Notes: generated by a model not told the origin, from the letters alone. 64,000 bases of DNA from Macrostomum hystrix (GCA_950097015.1 CATNEN010000011.1:2666001-2730000), one strand, 5' to 3'; shown: positions 35,860 through 48,658, counted from the first letter of the stretch. Numbers and translations: made by a program.

Positions 35860-36125
35860 AATAGGACAGTCGACTTGAAGTTCGGGGGTTCGATTCCCGA
35901 CTGCTTTAAGAAAACACTTAACTCAGCATTGCTTCAGTTCACCCAGCTGTTAAATGGGTACCAGCTGCATTAGCTGTGTAATTGAGGGTGGGTGTGACGT
36001 CCCCCCAGTCCATGGACTGAACAGTCGTACACAGCTATCAGATGCGCTGCCAATAGCTGCGACTGTGCTGTCGGCTGCACATCTGGCCCAATTAGGGCAG
36101 GTGTAATAAATTATTATTATTATAA
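35860..36125 (+). mobile_element. tRNA-derived SINE family 1 with degenerate head
   Basis: GGTTCGATTCCC B-box; ACACTTAAC..CACCCAGCTGTTAAATGGGTACC body; CCCCAGTCCATGGACTGAACAG; (TAT)n tail shared with 10430-10735. Confidence 0.78.
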
Positions 36126-37451
36126 TTAATTGAATGATAAAGTACGTTTAATTGTTTTTCTTTCTATTTTTAACTTTAGTTGATTTAGAGGGTTCAGATA
36201 GCAAATAGTTGTCGATAAAATGCGATTTCTTATAAATCTACGCCAATTTATTAGATCGGTGATTGTCCCTTCCAGTTGTTCATTGTATTGGTCTGTAAGT
36301 CAGCAAGTTAAAAAATGTTATGTTAAAGCAGTAAAATAAAAAGCGATGTAAAGTGGTTCGCAAAATGGTTCAGCTAGAGATTTCACTTCTTTAGAAATCG
36401 AATATTTATTTAAGTATTCTCCAGAACGCTTTCAAATTTGAGAATCTCCTGGGAAAAATTCATTTTCTTCAATCCAGCAGATTACATATAGCGCAAGGCT
36501 AGAGGCGTTCAAATTAAAAAATTGACAAAATGACTAAAATATAAATGTTACTACATAGATAATCCCCCAGAGACATGAGAAAGGGCTATCTTTGCTTCCA
36601 ATCGAAAGTGCAAAAGATTCAAAGAAGCTGTATCTCTGATGTGTTTAGACTGCATTTGGGAAAGCATTGGATGCTTGAGAATTTCTAGGGGGAGATTCTT
36701 CGAAATTCTGAAATCCTGAAAAAATCTGAATTTCCTGAACTATTTGGGAAACCTGCAAAAAACTATTTTAAACTAGAAAGATGTTAAATAATATTAAAAC
36801 AAAACTTTACGGGATTGTTATAAGGAAGCGATATTACAGGCATTAGTAAAAACGTGTAGCTGGGAAATAATAAGAGACTCGGAAACTAAAAAATAGGAAA
36901 ATTCGGATATTTAAAATATTTCGGAGATTAGGGAAAAATGAAATAATCAGTCTTTAATTAAAAACTAGAAAATTTGGGATAATTCGAAGATTATAGAAAT
37001 TTTGAAGTTTTTGTAAATGATATTTGTAAATAGATTTATGACTATTTCAATAAAATGACAAGAAAGTAAAATATAACATAAGCATTTCTTATAATTACGA
37101 GCTAAAATGATTATGATAAAAGAAATAGGATAATAGGATAATAGCACTAACTAAAACTCGGCGAAATTATGAAAGTTCCAAAATTTCGAATAATGAGTTT
37201 CGCGCTGACAGTTTGAAATTCAAGTAATCCGCATATATTTTAAACCTTTATGCTTAATTCATTCTCAATTAAGTGATATAATTAGCTAATTATAAATCAG
37301 AACACGCAAGCCTTATATTTCTATATAAATATTTATAAATAGACGCGGTAGCGAGGCATTGATTCCATTACTTTTAAGTTTCGGCCTTTTTTTAAATATA
37401 TAACACAACTTTTTTGCAACGATGGTCGGAGCTCTAGCTGTACTCGCGAAG

Positions 37452-40400
37452 TTACTGGCCACGCATTTGATAAAGTTCCACAACCGTGTTGGCGCTGCCG
37501 ACCTCATTTCCTGTCACGACAGTTTTGCCTGACCTGGAAAGGTATAGATTTTGCTTTCAACTTTTTGTGTGAAGGATCTCGAGAAATCATCCCATTTCAG
37601 AGCTTATTTCAGAATCTAAAATCGGTTGCCAGAAGTGTAGTTTCAATAAATCACGTGACCAGATTATAAAGGTCAGAACGGCCTTGTTTGGCTACGTGTC
37701 ATGTGACCCTGACTCTATAACTATCACGCGACACTCACGTGCTTATAGAAAACTGACCTTGACTTGTTAATCCAAGCCGCATAGGCGCATCGTGACCTTG
37801 AATATTTTACTAACACACTAAATTCGCGTGAATTGCTATCGCACAAATAAATATTTAACCTAACTTAATTTTTGTCGAAATTTAGCTTCCAACTGACCGG
37901 AGCCACTCGTGTACATATCAACATTGATTGATAAGGCTTGCTGGGACCTTAAGTTACTTCTCTGTCACGTGACACTCATGCGCGTTAAAAATGAACAGAG
38001 TACACAGAATACTCACTTTTGAAGCTCAGTCAGCTTGCCACGGTACTTTTCATTCTCCGTCCAGTAGGCCTCCACCGGCGGGCCCCAGTCCGGTGTTTCT
38101 CTGAGAGCCGCAGCGAGGCCGCCCCTCTGCCAGAGCTCGTATGCGGCGCAGCCGGGAATGAAGAGGAGAGTGCTAGCCATCGTGAGCCAGCACAATGCTT
38201 CTCCCCAATTCGTAAAAGGCTCATCACCGTACGATGGTGTGCTATACTTCACCAGAGAAAATATTGTGATGAACTGCGAATGGGAATAGTAAGATAGTAT
38301 AGTAAAAGCCAAGTGACTTTAAAAAAGCAATTCTATTTCTGAGACATTTGGCCTTGAATCGAGCGTCCTTTTAGTTAAATTTTGTATTGACTTCTCCAAC
38401 CGTTGTGTCCTTGAGTCATGCGTTCTAAGCGTGACGCGATTTTCATTGAAGGTACGACAATGTAGACGCGTGACCTTGAATCACGATATATACACGTGAT
38501 ATACATTGATGGAATTTTCCAAGCATTTTTTTAACAACTGTAATAACTTAATTGGAACGGTAATAAATGGGTGGGTGGCAGAGCGGTTAACGCGTTTGCC
38601 TCTCATGGCAACGTCCTAGAGCTCGATTCCACGGCGAGGCCACATTCATTTGGGGCGCAGCCGCGAAGAGAAGGCTTGGGGGATTGCCATCCAATTTACG
38701 GCCTTGAGGGCCAACCTCCAAGGCACAGTGAGAGTGTACACTGCCTGACGATGAGAAAGTCAGGGCAGATGTACACACCTGTGTGAGCGTATGCCTGCGT
38801 ACAGTATCTGTGTGCGTGTGTGCTCAGGAGTCAGCGAGACGGGCAGAACTGCCACCTCGCTGGCTGCGGGTCTAGTGTCACCAAAGGATGTGCCATTGCC
38901 TGCAGCTTTCCAACAATAATAATTATTATTATACAGACTCACCATAATAATAATAGGAGTGATTACAGTCCAACAAGCGATCCAGTACGGCCCTGGCCTG
39001 TATCCCAGCATCATTTGGACGTCATTGAGAAAGTTGCGTATTCCATACAGATAGCTGATGCCCAGCAGTTCCACCAGAGCCACAATGAACAGATTGTAAT
39101 AAGCCGAGTATTCGTTTAGCATTGAGAAGTAGTAGATTCCGCCGGGACAGCAGATCGGAATGCCCAACAGGAACATGAAAGCGCAGACCAATAATTTGAA
39201 CACAGCCTGTCTGGCGAAATTCACCTGCAGCCAAGGCCATTCGTCTAAAATAGCTGTGAGCACAGTCTCAACCATGGTAAATTGTGAGTCTACACCCAGA
39301 GTTAGAATCATTATGAAGAACAGGACGCTCCACATTGGGGCGAACGGCATGGCGGCCAGTCCCTCGGGGTAGGCAACGAAGGCCAGGCCGACGCCCTGCT
39401 TGGCCACGTCGGCAACTGGCAATCCAGTCTTGCGCGCCATGAAGCCGATGACGGAGAAGATCGCGAAGCCGGCGAAGATCGACGTGCCGCTGTTGATGGT
39501 TGCCACGATGAGGGCGTCTCTGTGGACAATTTCTTCTTAACTTTTTACTCGGTTCGAGGTGATCGACAGTTCGGTTCCAGTTTTTTCTATACATATCGTC
39601 TAGATACTACCAGGCATGTCCATTTCTGTATTTCGATACATATAGGCTAGTGTTGGTTTAAAGTGCGAAACATTTTGGCTCTACTTTTGAATTTCATCTT
39701 CGTAAAAAAAGTTCGATACACATTAACTCATTTTAAGCATTTAATATAGCCAAAGATTTTCTATACATTTAGGCTCGTTTTCAGTAAATAATAAAAATAA
39801 AAGTTTCCTAGACATAAGCTAGTTAGTTGGTGATCAGCATAAGTAGCACGTTATTGGTTAAAAGTTCATATCTGCATGTTCTAATTAATATTTCTACGTT
39901 TCATGTTTTTCATACAAAATCGTTTAAAGTGTGTGCTCTTCGTTACAAGTTTTTCAATACATATCGGATCGTTTTCGGTATATTCCCTTCGTTACATATT
40001 TATACTTATATCGGCTTATGGTTAGTCTGTATCTTTAATGCAGAACAACAACAATGTCTCACTTGTAACAGTTGTTCCTGAACTTATTGTAGCTGGCCAT
40101 TGTCAGTAGGCCGCCAAAGCCGACGCCAAGAGAGTAGAAAATTTGTATGGCTGCTTCGGTCCAAATCTAGAATTTTAGCCATGGAAATCTAATTTTCTAA
40201 TTAACTTCGATCGCTTCAATTAGTACTGATTATAATGCCGTATAGGTTTCTAGTGCTACAAGTGAGAATATAAAAATAATGTCCCCCTCGGGATGAGATT
40301 CGAACTTCCGACCTCTCAGACAGAAGTCCGAAGCGCTAACCACTAAGCTGGACTAAAACACTTGTATCAAGCATCCATCTGTCACTCACATCCGAGTTCT

Positions 40401-43400
40401 TCAGTTTGCTGAAGTCCGGCTTCAGATAGAAAATGATGCCGTCCATGGCGCCATCAAGAGTCACGCCGCGTATGAGCAGAATTGTGAGCACCAAATATGG
40501 AAACGTGGCCGTGACGTACACGACCTGGGTATAAATTTATTAGGCAATTAGTTTATAGACGATCTGTTTTGACATTCGCAAAATCTTCCGTTAGTCTTAA
40601 ACATGGATCTATTATATATCTGTGGGGCTTGTTAGACATTTAAATGACTTGTTAGATATCTGAATGATCTGTTAGATATCTGAATGACCTGTTAGCTATC
40701 TGAATGATATGTTAGATATCTGAATGACCTGTTAGATATCTGAATGATCTGTTAGATATCTGAATGACCCGTTAGATATCTGAATGATCTGTTAGATATC
40801 TGAATGATCTGTTAGATATCTGAATGATCTGTTAGATAACTGAATGACCTGTTAGATAACTGAATGACCTGTTAGATATCTGAATGATCTGTTAGATATC
40901 TGAATGATCTGTTAGATAACTGAATGACCTGTTAGATATCTGAATGATCTGTTAGATATCTGAATGACCTGTTAGATATCTGAATGAACTGTTAGATATC
41001 TGAACGATCTGTTAGATATCTGAATGTTCTGTTAGATATCTGAATGACCTGTTAGACATCTGAATGATCTGTTAGATATCTGAATGATATGTTAGATATC
41101 TGAATGATCTGTTAGATATCTGAATGACCTGTTAGATATCTGAATGATCTGTTAGATATCTGAATGATCTGTTAGATATCTGAATGATCTGTTAGATAAC
41201 TGAATGACCTGTTAGATAACTGAATGACCTGTTAGATATCTGAATGACCTGTTAGATATCTGAATGACCTGTTAGATAACTGAATGACCTGTTAGATATC
41301 TGAATGACCTGTTAGATATCTGAATGATCTGTTAGATATCTGAATGATCTGTTAGATAAGAAATGATGGAAATCTTATTGACTTTTCTGACAACAAGAGC
41401 AACAGGTTAAGACAGCATTAGTTCTAGCTTCACACACCTTTCCAGACGACTTGACTCCCTTGAGCAGGCAGAAATAGACTAATATCCAGGCCAGCAGAAG
41501 GCAGAGGGTCACGTGCCACTGCGGGACTCCGATTGGATCAGACATTTTCTTGTACACGCCGTCAGCATTCGTGATGCCGAGCATCACTCGCCTAGAATGT
41601 CAGTTGTCAAAAGTGTCAATTTCAGTTTTTGGGGTTTTTAATATCGAGATCTATGGTTAGTAAACCCTCTAGATCTACGGTTAGTTAACCCTCTAGATCT
41701 ACGGTTAGTTAACCCTCTAGATCTACGGTTAGTTAACACTCTAGATCTACGGTTAGTTAACCCTCTAGATCTACGGTTAGTTAACCCTCTAGATCTACGG
41801 TTAGTTAACCCTCTAGATCTACGGTTAGTTAACCCTCTAGATCTACGGTTAGTTAACCCTCTAGATCTACGGTTAGTTAACCCTCTAGATCTACGGTTAG
41901 TTAACCCTCTAGATCTACGGTTAGTTAACACTCTAGATCTACGGTTAGTTAACCCTCTAGATCTACGGTTAGTTAACACTCTAGAACTACGATTAGTTAA
42001 CCCTCTAGATCTACGGTTAGTTAACCCTCTAGAACTACGGTTAGTTAACCCTCTAGATCTACGGTTAGTTAACACTCTAGATCTACGGTTGGTTAACCCT
42101 CTAGATCTACGGTTAGTTAACCCCTATAGATCTACGGTTAGTTAACCCTCTAGATCTACGGTTAGTTAACCCTCTAGATCTACGGTTAGTTAACCCTCTA
42201 GATCTACGGTTAGTTAACCCTCTAGAACTACGGTTAGTTAACCCTCTAGATCTACGGTTAGTTAACCCTCTAGATCTACGGTTAGTTAACCCTCTAGATC
42301 TACAGTTAGTTAACCCTCAAGATCTACGGTTAGTTAACCCTCTAGATCTACAGTTAGTTAACCCTCAAGATCTACGGTTAGTTAACCCTCTAGATCTACG
42401 GTTAGTTAACCCTCTAGATCTACAGTTAGTTAACCCTCAAGATCTACGGTTAGTTAACCCTCTAGATCTACGGTTAGTTAACCCTCTAGATCTATGGTTA
42501 GTTAACCCTCTAGATCTACGGTTAGTTAACCCTCTAGATCTACAGTGAGTTAACCCTCAAGATCTACGGTTAGTTAACCCTCTAGATCTACGGTTAGTTA
42601 ACCCTCTAGATCTACGGTTAGTTAACCCTCTAGATCTACGGTTAGTTAACCCTCTAGATCCACGGTTAGTTAACCTTCTAGATCTACAGTTAGTTAACCC
42701 TCTAGATCTACAGTTAGTTAACCCTCTAGATCTACGGTTAGTTAACCCTCTAGATCTACGGTTAGTTAACCCTCTAGATCTACAGTTAGTTAACCCTCTA
42801 GATCCACGGTTAGTTAACCCTCTAGATCTAAGGTTACTTAACCCTCTAGATCTACAGTTAGTTAACCCTCTAGATCTATGGTCGGTCAGCCCAATTTAAT
42901 CTATCATTAGTTAATTGACCTAACCCATTTAGATTCAAGCCCTACCATGTTAATATGAGAAATTTAACGCATTCAATTTTAAGTTTCACTTACTCAAAGT
43001 ACTGCTCACTCGGTGTCTGATATTTTGTACAATTTATTTTCACAGTCTGCGTACATGCCACTGCAATTGAGGTTTGGGTGAAACATTAATAAAGAATATT
43101 CCATATTTGGCAGTGTTTTGCAAGTGTTAGTTAAGAATTTGCATACCTGCCAAACAGAGTGTGGAGGTCCTGTTCAGTGAACCAGAGCAATCGAGGTTGA
43201 GGCAGAGTGTCTCATCTAAACTAGGCTATTAACACGCCTCATTAGGTTTCCCATGGTAACTGCTCAGACTATGCCCAGTCTATAAACGTTAAATCTTTTA
43301 AGCTCCGTTAATTTAGTCTAGTTGGCCGATAGTTCAATCAGAATCCATCTATAATGATTTTAAAAGTATGCATTTGAGCATAGTAACTCACGAGAGAAGG

Positions 43401-46400
43401 CTGCATCCGTGTGATTAGATTGCCCGGGGCTAGTCAGATCCCGGCAGCGGAAATCATTCCACACATTGTTGCAATCGGCCCAGGGTAATTTAGAATTGAG
43501 CGAGGCGAACAAGTAGAACAATGACCATGCTATGATCACGTTGTAATACACACATACCAAACCGGAAATGCTGACCATAGCCCAGCCAGCGCCTGTTGTT
43601 TGAAGAAGGTAGATAAGAGACTGCTCAACTGACTCAAAACTGGAGGTGTGATGATAAGAGACTGCTCAACTGACTCAAAACTGGAGGTGTGATGATAAGA
43701 GACTGCTCAACTGACTCAAAACTGGAGGTGTGATGATAAGAGACTGCTCAACTGACTCAAAACTGGAGGTGTGATGATAAGAGACTGCTCAACTGACTCA
43801 AAACTGGAGGTGTGATGATAAGAGACTGCTCAACTGACTCAAAACTGGAGGTGTGATTATAAGAGACTGCTCAACTGACTCAAAACTGGAGGTGTGAAGA
43901 TAAGAGACTGCTCAACTGACTCAAAACTGGAGGTGTGATGATAAGAGACTGCTCAACTGACTCAAAACTGGAGGTGTGATGATAAGAGACTGCTCAACTG
44001 ACTCAAAACTGGAGGTGTGATGATAAGAGACTGCTCAACTGACTCAAAACTGGAGGTGTGATGATAAGAGACTGCTCAACTGACTCAAAACTGGAGGTGT
44101 GATGATAAGAGACTGCTCAAGTGACTCAAAACTGGAGGTGTGATGATAAGAGACTGCTCAACTGACTCAAAACTGGAGGTGTGATGATAAGAGACTGCTC
44201 AACTGACTCAAAACTGGAGGTGTGAAGATAAGAGACTGCTCAACTGACTCAAAACTGGAGGTGTGATGATAAGAGACTGCTCAAGTGACTCAAAACTGGA
44301 GGTGTGATGATAAGAGACTGCTCAACTGACTCAAAACTGGAGGTGTGATGATAAGAGACTGCTCAACTGACTCAAAACTGGAGGTGTGATGATAAGAGAC
44401 TGCTCAACTGACTCAAAACTGGAGGTGTGATGATAAGAGACTGCTCAACTGACTCAAAACTGGAGGTGTGATGATAAGAGACTGCTCAAGTGACTCAAAA
44501 CTGGAGGTGTGATAATAAGAGACTGCTCAACTGACTCAAAACTGGAGGTGTGATGATAAGAGACTGCTCAAGTGACTCAAAACTGGTGGTGTGATGATAA
44601 GAGACTGCTCAACTGACTCAAAACTGGAGGTGTGAAGATAAGAGACTGCTCAAGTGACTCAAAACTGGAGGTGTGATGATAAGAGACTGCTCAACTGACT
44701 CAAAACTGGAGGTGTGATGATAAGAGACTGCTCAACTGACTCAAAACTGGAGGTGTGAAGATAAGAGACTGCTTAAGTGACTCAAAACTGGAGGTGTGAT
44801 GATAAGAGACTGCTCAACTGACTCAAAACTGGAGGTGTGATGATAAGAGACTGCTCAACTGACTCAAAACTGGAGGTGTGATGATAAGAGACTGCTCAAC
44901 TGACTCAAAACTGGAGGTGTGATGATAAGAGACTGCTCAAGTGACTCAAAACTGGAGGTGTGATGATAAGAGACTGCTCAAGTGACTCAAAACTGGAGGT
45001 GTGATGATAAGAGACTGCTCAACTGACTCAAAACTGGAGGTGTGATGATAAGAGACTGCTCAAGTGACTCAAAACTGGAGGTGTGATGATAAGAGACTGC
45101 TCAACTGACTCAAAACTGGAGGTGTGAAGATAAGAGACTGCTCAACTGACTCAAAACTGGAGGTGTGATAATAAGAGACTGCTCAACTGACTCAAAACTG
45201 GAGGTGTGATGATAAGAGACTGCTCAAGTGACTCAAAACTGGTGGTGTGATGATAAGAGACTGCTCAACTGACTCAAAACTGGAGGTGTGAAGATAAGAG
45301 ACTGCTCAAGTGACTCAAAACTGGAGGTGTGATGATAAGAGACTGCTCAAGTGACTCAAAACTGGAGGTGTGATGATAAGAGACTGCTCAAGTGACTCAA
45401 AACTGGAGGTGTGATGATAAGAGACTGCTCAAGTGACTCAAAACTGGAGGTGTGATGATAAGAGACTGCTCAACTGACTCAAAACTGGAGGTGTGATGAT
45501 AAGAGACTGCTCAACTGACTCAAAACTGGAGGTGTGATGATAAGAGACTGCTCAACTGACTCAAAACTGGAGGTGTGAAGATAAGAGACTGCTCAACTGA
45601 CTCAAAACTGGAGGTGTGAAGATAAGAGACTGCTCAACTGACTCAAAACTGGAGGTGTGAAGATAAGAGACTGCTCAACTGACTCAAAACTGGAGGTGTG
45701 AAGATAAGAGACTGCTCAACTGACTCAAAACTGGAGGTGTGATAATAAGAGACTGCTCAACTGACTCAAAACTGGAGGTGTGATGATAAGAGACTGCTCA
45801 AGTGACTCAAAACTGGTGGTGTGATGATAAGAGACTGCTCAACTGACTCAAAACTGGAGGTGTGAAGATAAGAGACTGCTCAAGTGACTCAAAACTGGAG
45901 GTGTGATGATAAGAGACTGCTCAACTGACTCAAAACTGGAGGTGTGATGATAAGAGACTGCTCAAGTGACTCAAAACTGGAGGTGTGATGATAAGAGAAT
46001 GCTCAACTGACTCAAAACTGGAGGTGTGATGATAAGAGACTGCTCAACTGACTCAAAACTGGAGGTGTGATGATAAGAGACATTGGAGATAGGAGATGCA
46101 TAACTCAAGTACACACATCTGGTTAGTTACTAACCCTTCAGTATAGGGCAAGCCTTCCAGATGGTCACAGGTCCCAGATTTGCGAATTGCCCGAAGGCCA
46201 ACTCTAGGTAGAACAGTGGCAGAGCGGCGGCTGCAAGCATGATCAGGTAGGGTATTAGAAAGGCGCCGCCGCCATTCTTGTAGCACAGGTAGGGAAACCG
46301 CCAAATATTTCCCAGTCCGACAGCGTAGCCGATGCAGGATAGCAGGAAGTCGAACCGACCCGTCCAGTTTCCGCGGCCTTCGTTCTCGTCGCCAGCGTTG

Positions 46401-47001
46401 GCGACTGCTTCGGATTTCTGAGGCTGCGAATGTTGAAGGGTGAGATTGAAGAGGTGAGATATATGGGGTGAGATTTATGGGGTGAGATTGAAGGGTGAGA
46501 TTGAAGGGTTGAGACTGAAGGGTGAGACTGAAGGGTGAGATTGAAGGGTTGAGACTGAAGGGTGAGACTGAAGGGTGAGATTGAAGGGTGAGAATGAAAG
46601 GTGAGACTGAAGGGTGAGACTGAAGGGTGAGACTGAAGGGTGAGACTGAAGGGTGAGACTGAAGGGTGAGATTGAGGGGTGAGATTGAGGGGTGAGATTC
46701 AAGGGTGAGATTGAAGGGTGAGATTGAGGGGTGAGATTCAAGGGTGAGATTCAAGGGTGAGACTGAAGGGTGAGATTTAAGGGTGAGATTGAAGGATGAG
46801 ATTAAGGGTTGAGATTGAAGGGTGGGATTGAAGCATTAAATCCATCTCATTAAATTACGGAGTAAGAATTGTAGCTCAGGCAAGAGTGAAATAAGGCATT
46901 TCAAATACTTGGTTCACAATCAGTGTCCAATGGCCACTTACCGATTGTATATCAATCCGATGCGATCCCAATCTTCGAACAAAATTTAATAGCCTACTCA
47001 T
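37452..47001 (-). CDS. SLC6 sodium:neurotransmitter symporter, amino-acid (proline/glycine transporter-like) subfamily, ~664 aa, 11 exons
   Basis: Exons 47001-46942, 46423-46135, 43592-43392, 43215-43147, 43060-42994, 41591-41438, 40524-40390, 40166-40063, 39519-38943, 38273-38017, 37533-37452; total 1995 nt, all GT-AG and frame-consistent. Motifs [50 protein letters not shown]. Confidence 0.93.
38568..38930 (+). mobile_element. tRNA-derived SINE family 2, full length, antisense in SLC6 intron 9
   Basis: A-box TGGCAGAGCGG, B-box GCTCGATTCC; body and tail match 16866-17216. Confidence 0.85.
40285..40358 (-). pseudogene. tRNA-like sequence (SINE head or tRNA pseudogene) in SLC6 intron
   Basis: Reverse complement GTCCAGCTTAGTGGTTAGCGCT..GGTCGGAAGTTCGAATCTC has A and B boxes, but the anticodon arm looks one nt short and the acceptor stem does not pair well. 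Confidence 0.5.
40630..41358. repeat. Minisatellite, 20-bp unit TGTTAGATATCTGAATGACC, in SLC6 intron 6
   Basis: Direct periodicity, ~36 copies. Confidence 0.96.
41650..42880. repeat. Palindrome-rich minisatellite, 24-bp unit CTCTAGATCTACGGTTAGTTAACC, in SLC6 intron 5
   Basis: Direct periodicity, ~51 copies. Confidence 0.97.
43610..46080. repeat. Minisatellite, 41-bp unit GATAAGAGACTGCTCAACTGACTCAAAACTGGAGGTGTGAT, ~60 copies, in SLC6 intron 2
   Basis: Near-perfect 41-bp periodicity with no unique spacers. Confidence 0.97.
46435..46830. repeat. Minisatellite, 13-bp unit GAGACTGAAGGGT, in SLC6 intron 1
   Basis: Direct periodicity. Confidence 0.94.
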
Positions 47002-47489
47002 TGCTGCACTATTAAACTGTGTATGTGAGCTGTTCTCAAAAGAATTATAAGATACAGTGTAATCTACTTGGAGATGGTTAATTAAGAAAAAAAAGTGTAT
47101 TAATATATAAAATGTTTCAACAAATATATAATAACTTGTTCAAGCCTTCGCTACTTTAACTTGCAGTCATTATATATGCATTTATACACCCTATGATTCG
47201 GCATTTTTCGGCCACGCAAGAAAGCCTGACTACGTAATTCTGTTGCTATAACAACATAACATAACTTTACCGATACAATACACATTCAGGGTGGTACATT
47301 TATTGCGTTTTATATTATGCACCGTTGCGAAATCTGTTTCGACATCTAGATTAACAGCAATTATTAAATAAATTAAACGCTAACTGATTAGGCGCAAATA
47401 AAAACCCGATGCACCTTTTCATGGCATAATAAAACATTCATTTATGTGCTAAAGTTCTCAAATTATCATGTTCTAATGTTCTGATTCCA

Positions 47490-48150
47490 TCCTGTTCTAA
47501 TCTACTCAATCCTGTTCTAATGTTCACAATCGATCCTGTTCAAATGTTCTCAATCGATCCTGTTCAAATGTTCTCAATCGATCCTGTTCAAATGTTCTCA
47601 ATCGATCCTGTTCATGTTCTCAATCTATCCTGTTCAAATGTTCTCAACCGATCCTGTTCAAATGTTCTCAATCTATCCTGTTCAAATGGTCTCAATCTAT
47701 CCTGTTCAAATGTTCTCAATCGATCCTGTTCAAATGTTCTCAATCGATCCTGTTCAAATGTTCTCAATCGATCCTGTTCATGTTCTCAATCGATCCTGTT
47801 CAAATGTTCTCAATCGATCCTGTTCATGTTCTCAATCGATCCTGTTCTAATCTTCTCAATCCTGGCCTAATGTTCTCAATCCTGTTCGAATGTTCTCAAT
47901 CGATCCTGTTCAAATGTTCTCAATCGATCCTGTCCTACTGTTCTCAATCGATCCTGTTCAAATGTTCTCAATCGATCCTGTCCTACTGTTCTCAATCGAT
48001 CCTGTTCAAATGTTCTCAATCGATCCTGTTCTAATCTTCTCAATCCTGGTCTAATGTTCTCAATCCTGTTCTAATGTTCTCAATCCTGTTCTAATGTTCT
48101 CAATTTATCCTGTTATATTCTGTTCTCAATCCTGTTCGAATGTTCTCAAC
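47490..48150. repeat. Minisatellite, 24-bp unit TTCTCAATCGATCCTGTTCAAATG
   Basis: Direct periodicity (MFSIDPVQ pseudo-ORFs). Confidence 0.94.
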
Positions 48151-48658
48151 TTGTCCTGTATTGGTGTTTTCAATGAACTCTGTTTCTGAATTAAAAAAGC
48201 ACAATAACAAAGAACAGTTTTCTGAATGTTGTCCTTATCAATTGACATCGAGTTTTATGCAGAGCACACTATAGTGTCTTTTCACTATCCACATCGCTGT
48301 TATGGCTACTTGTTAAAAAAGCGCTTGTGACATTATGTACAAAAAAGTCAGTCAATAGTGGAAATTTTGGTCAACTAGCTTGACCAGAGATAATAATATT
48401 GGCGCAATGTGATATAAGGTGTTTGTCCCGAAATTTCGCTGTTCGATAATTTTTCAGTCTGTAAAAACTATAAGTAGCAATACTTAATGAGTAAAGAAAG
48501 CTGCAACAAATTATTTATTAGCAAAAAGCTGTTGCAACAGGAGTGCAAAATTTTACACGAATTCAGACAGAATTTACAGAAACGTTTCGCACATTTCTAC
48601 TTCGCCTTAGCATTAAGTAGTGTAGGCAGCGTTTTTTTAATCATGAAAATAATTACAA

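Noticed and set aside
38745-38775. CTGACGA..GAAA in SINE family 2 as a hammerhead ribozyme core
   Set aside because: Only 3 nt separate CUGANGA from GAAA (no stem II), and no stem III or NUH cleavage site fits. It is better explained as a simple hairpin.
38760-38942. C-terminal extension of ORF 38760..39506 ([16 protein letters not shown]...)
   Set aside because: It is read-through past the GTGAGT donor at 38942 into an antisense SINE, not transporter sequence.
43610-46080. 41-bp regularly repeated array as a CRISPR array
   Set aside because: Units are contiguous with no unique spacers, there are no cas genes, and it lies in a eukaryotic intron.
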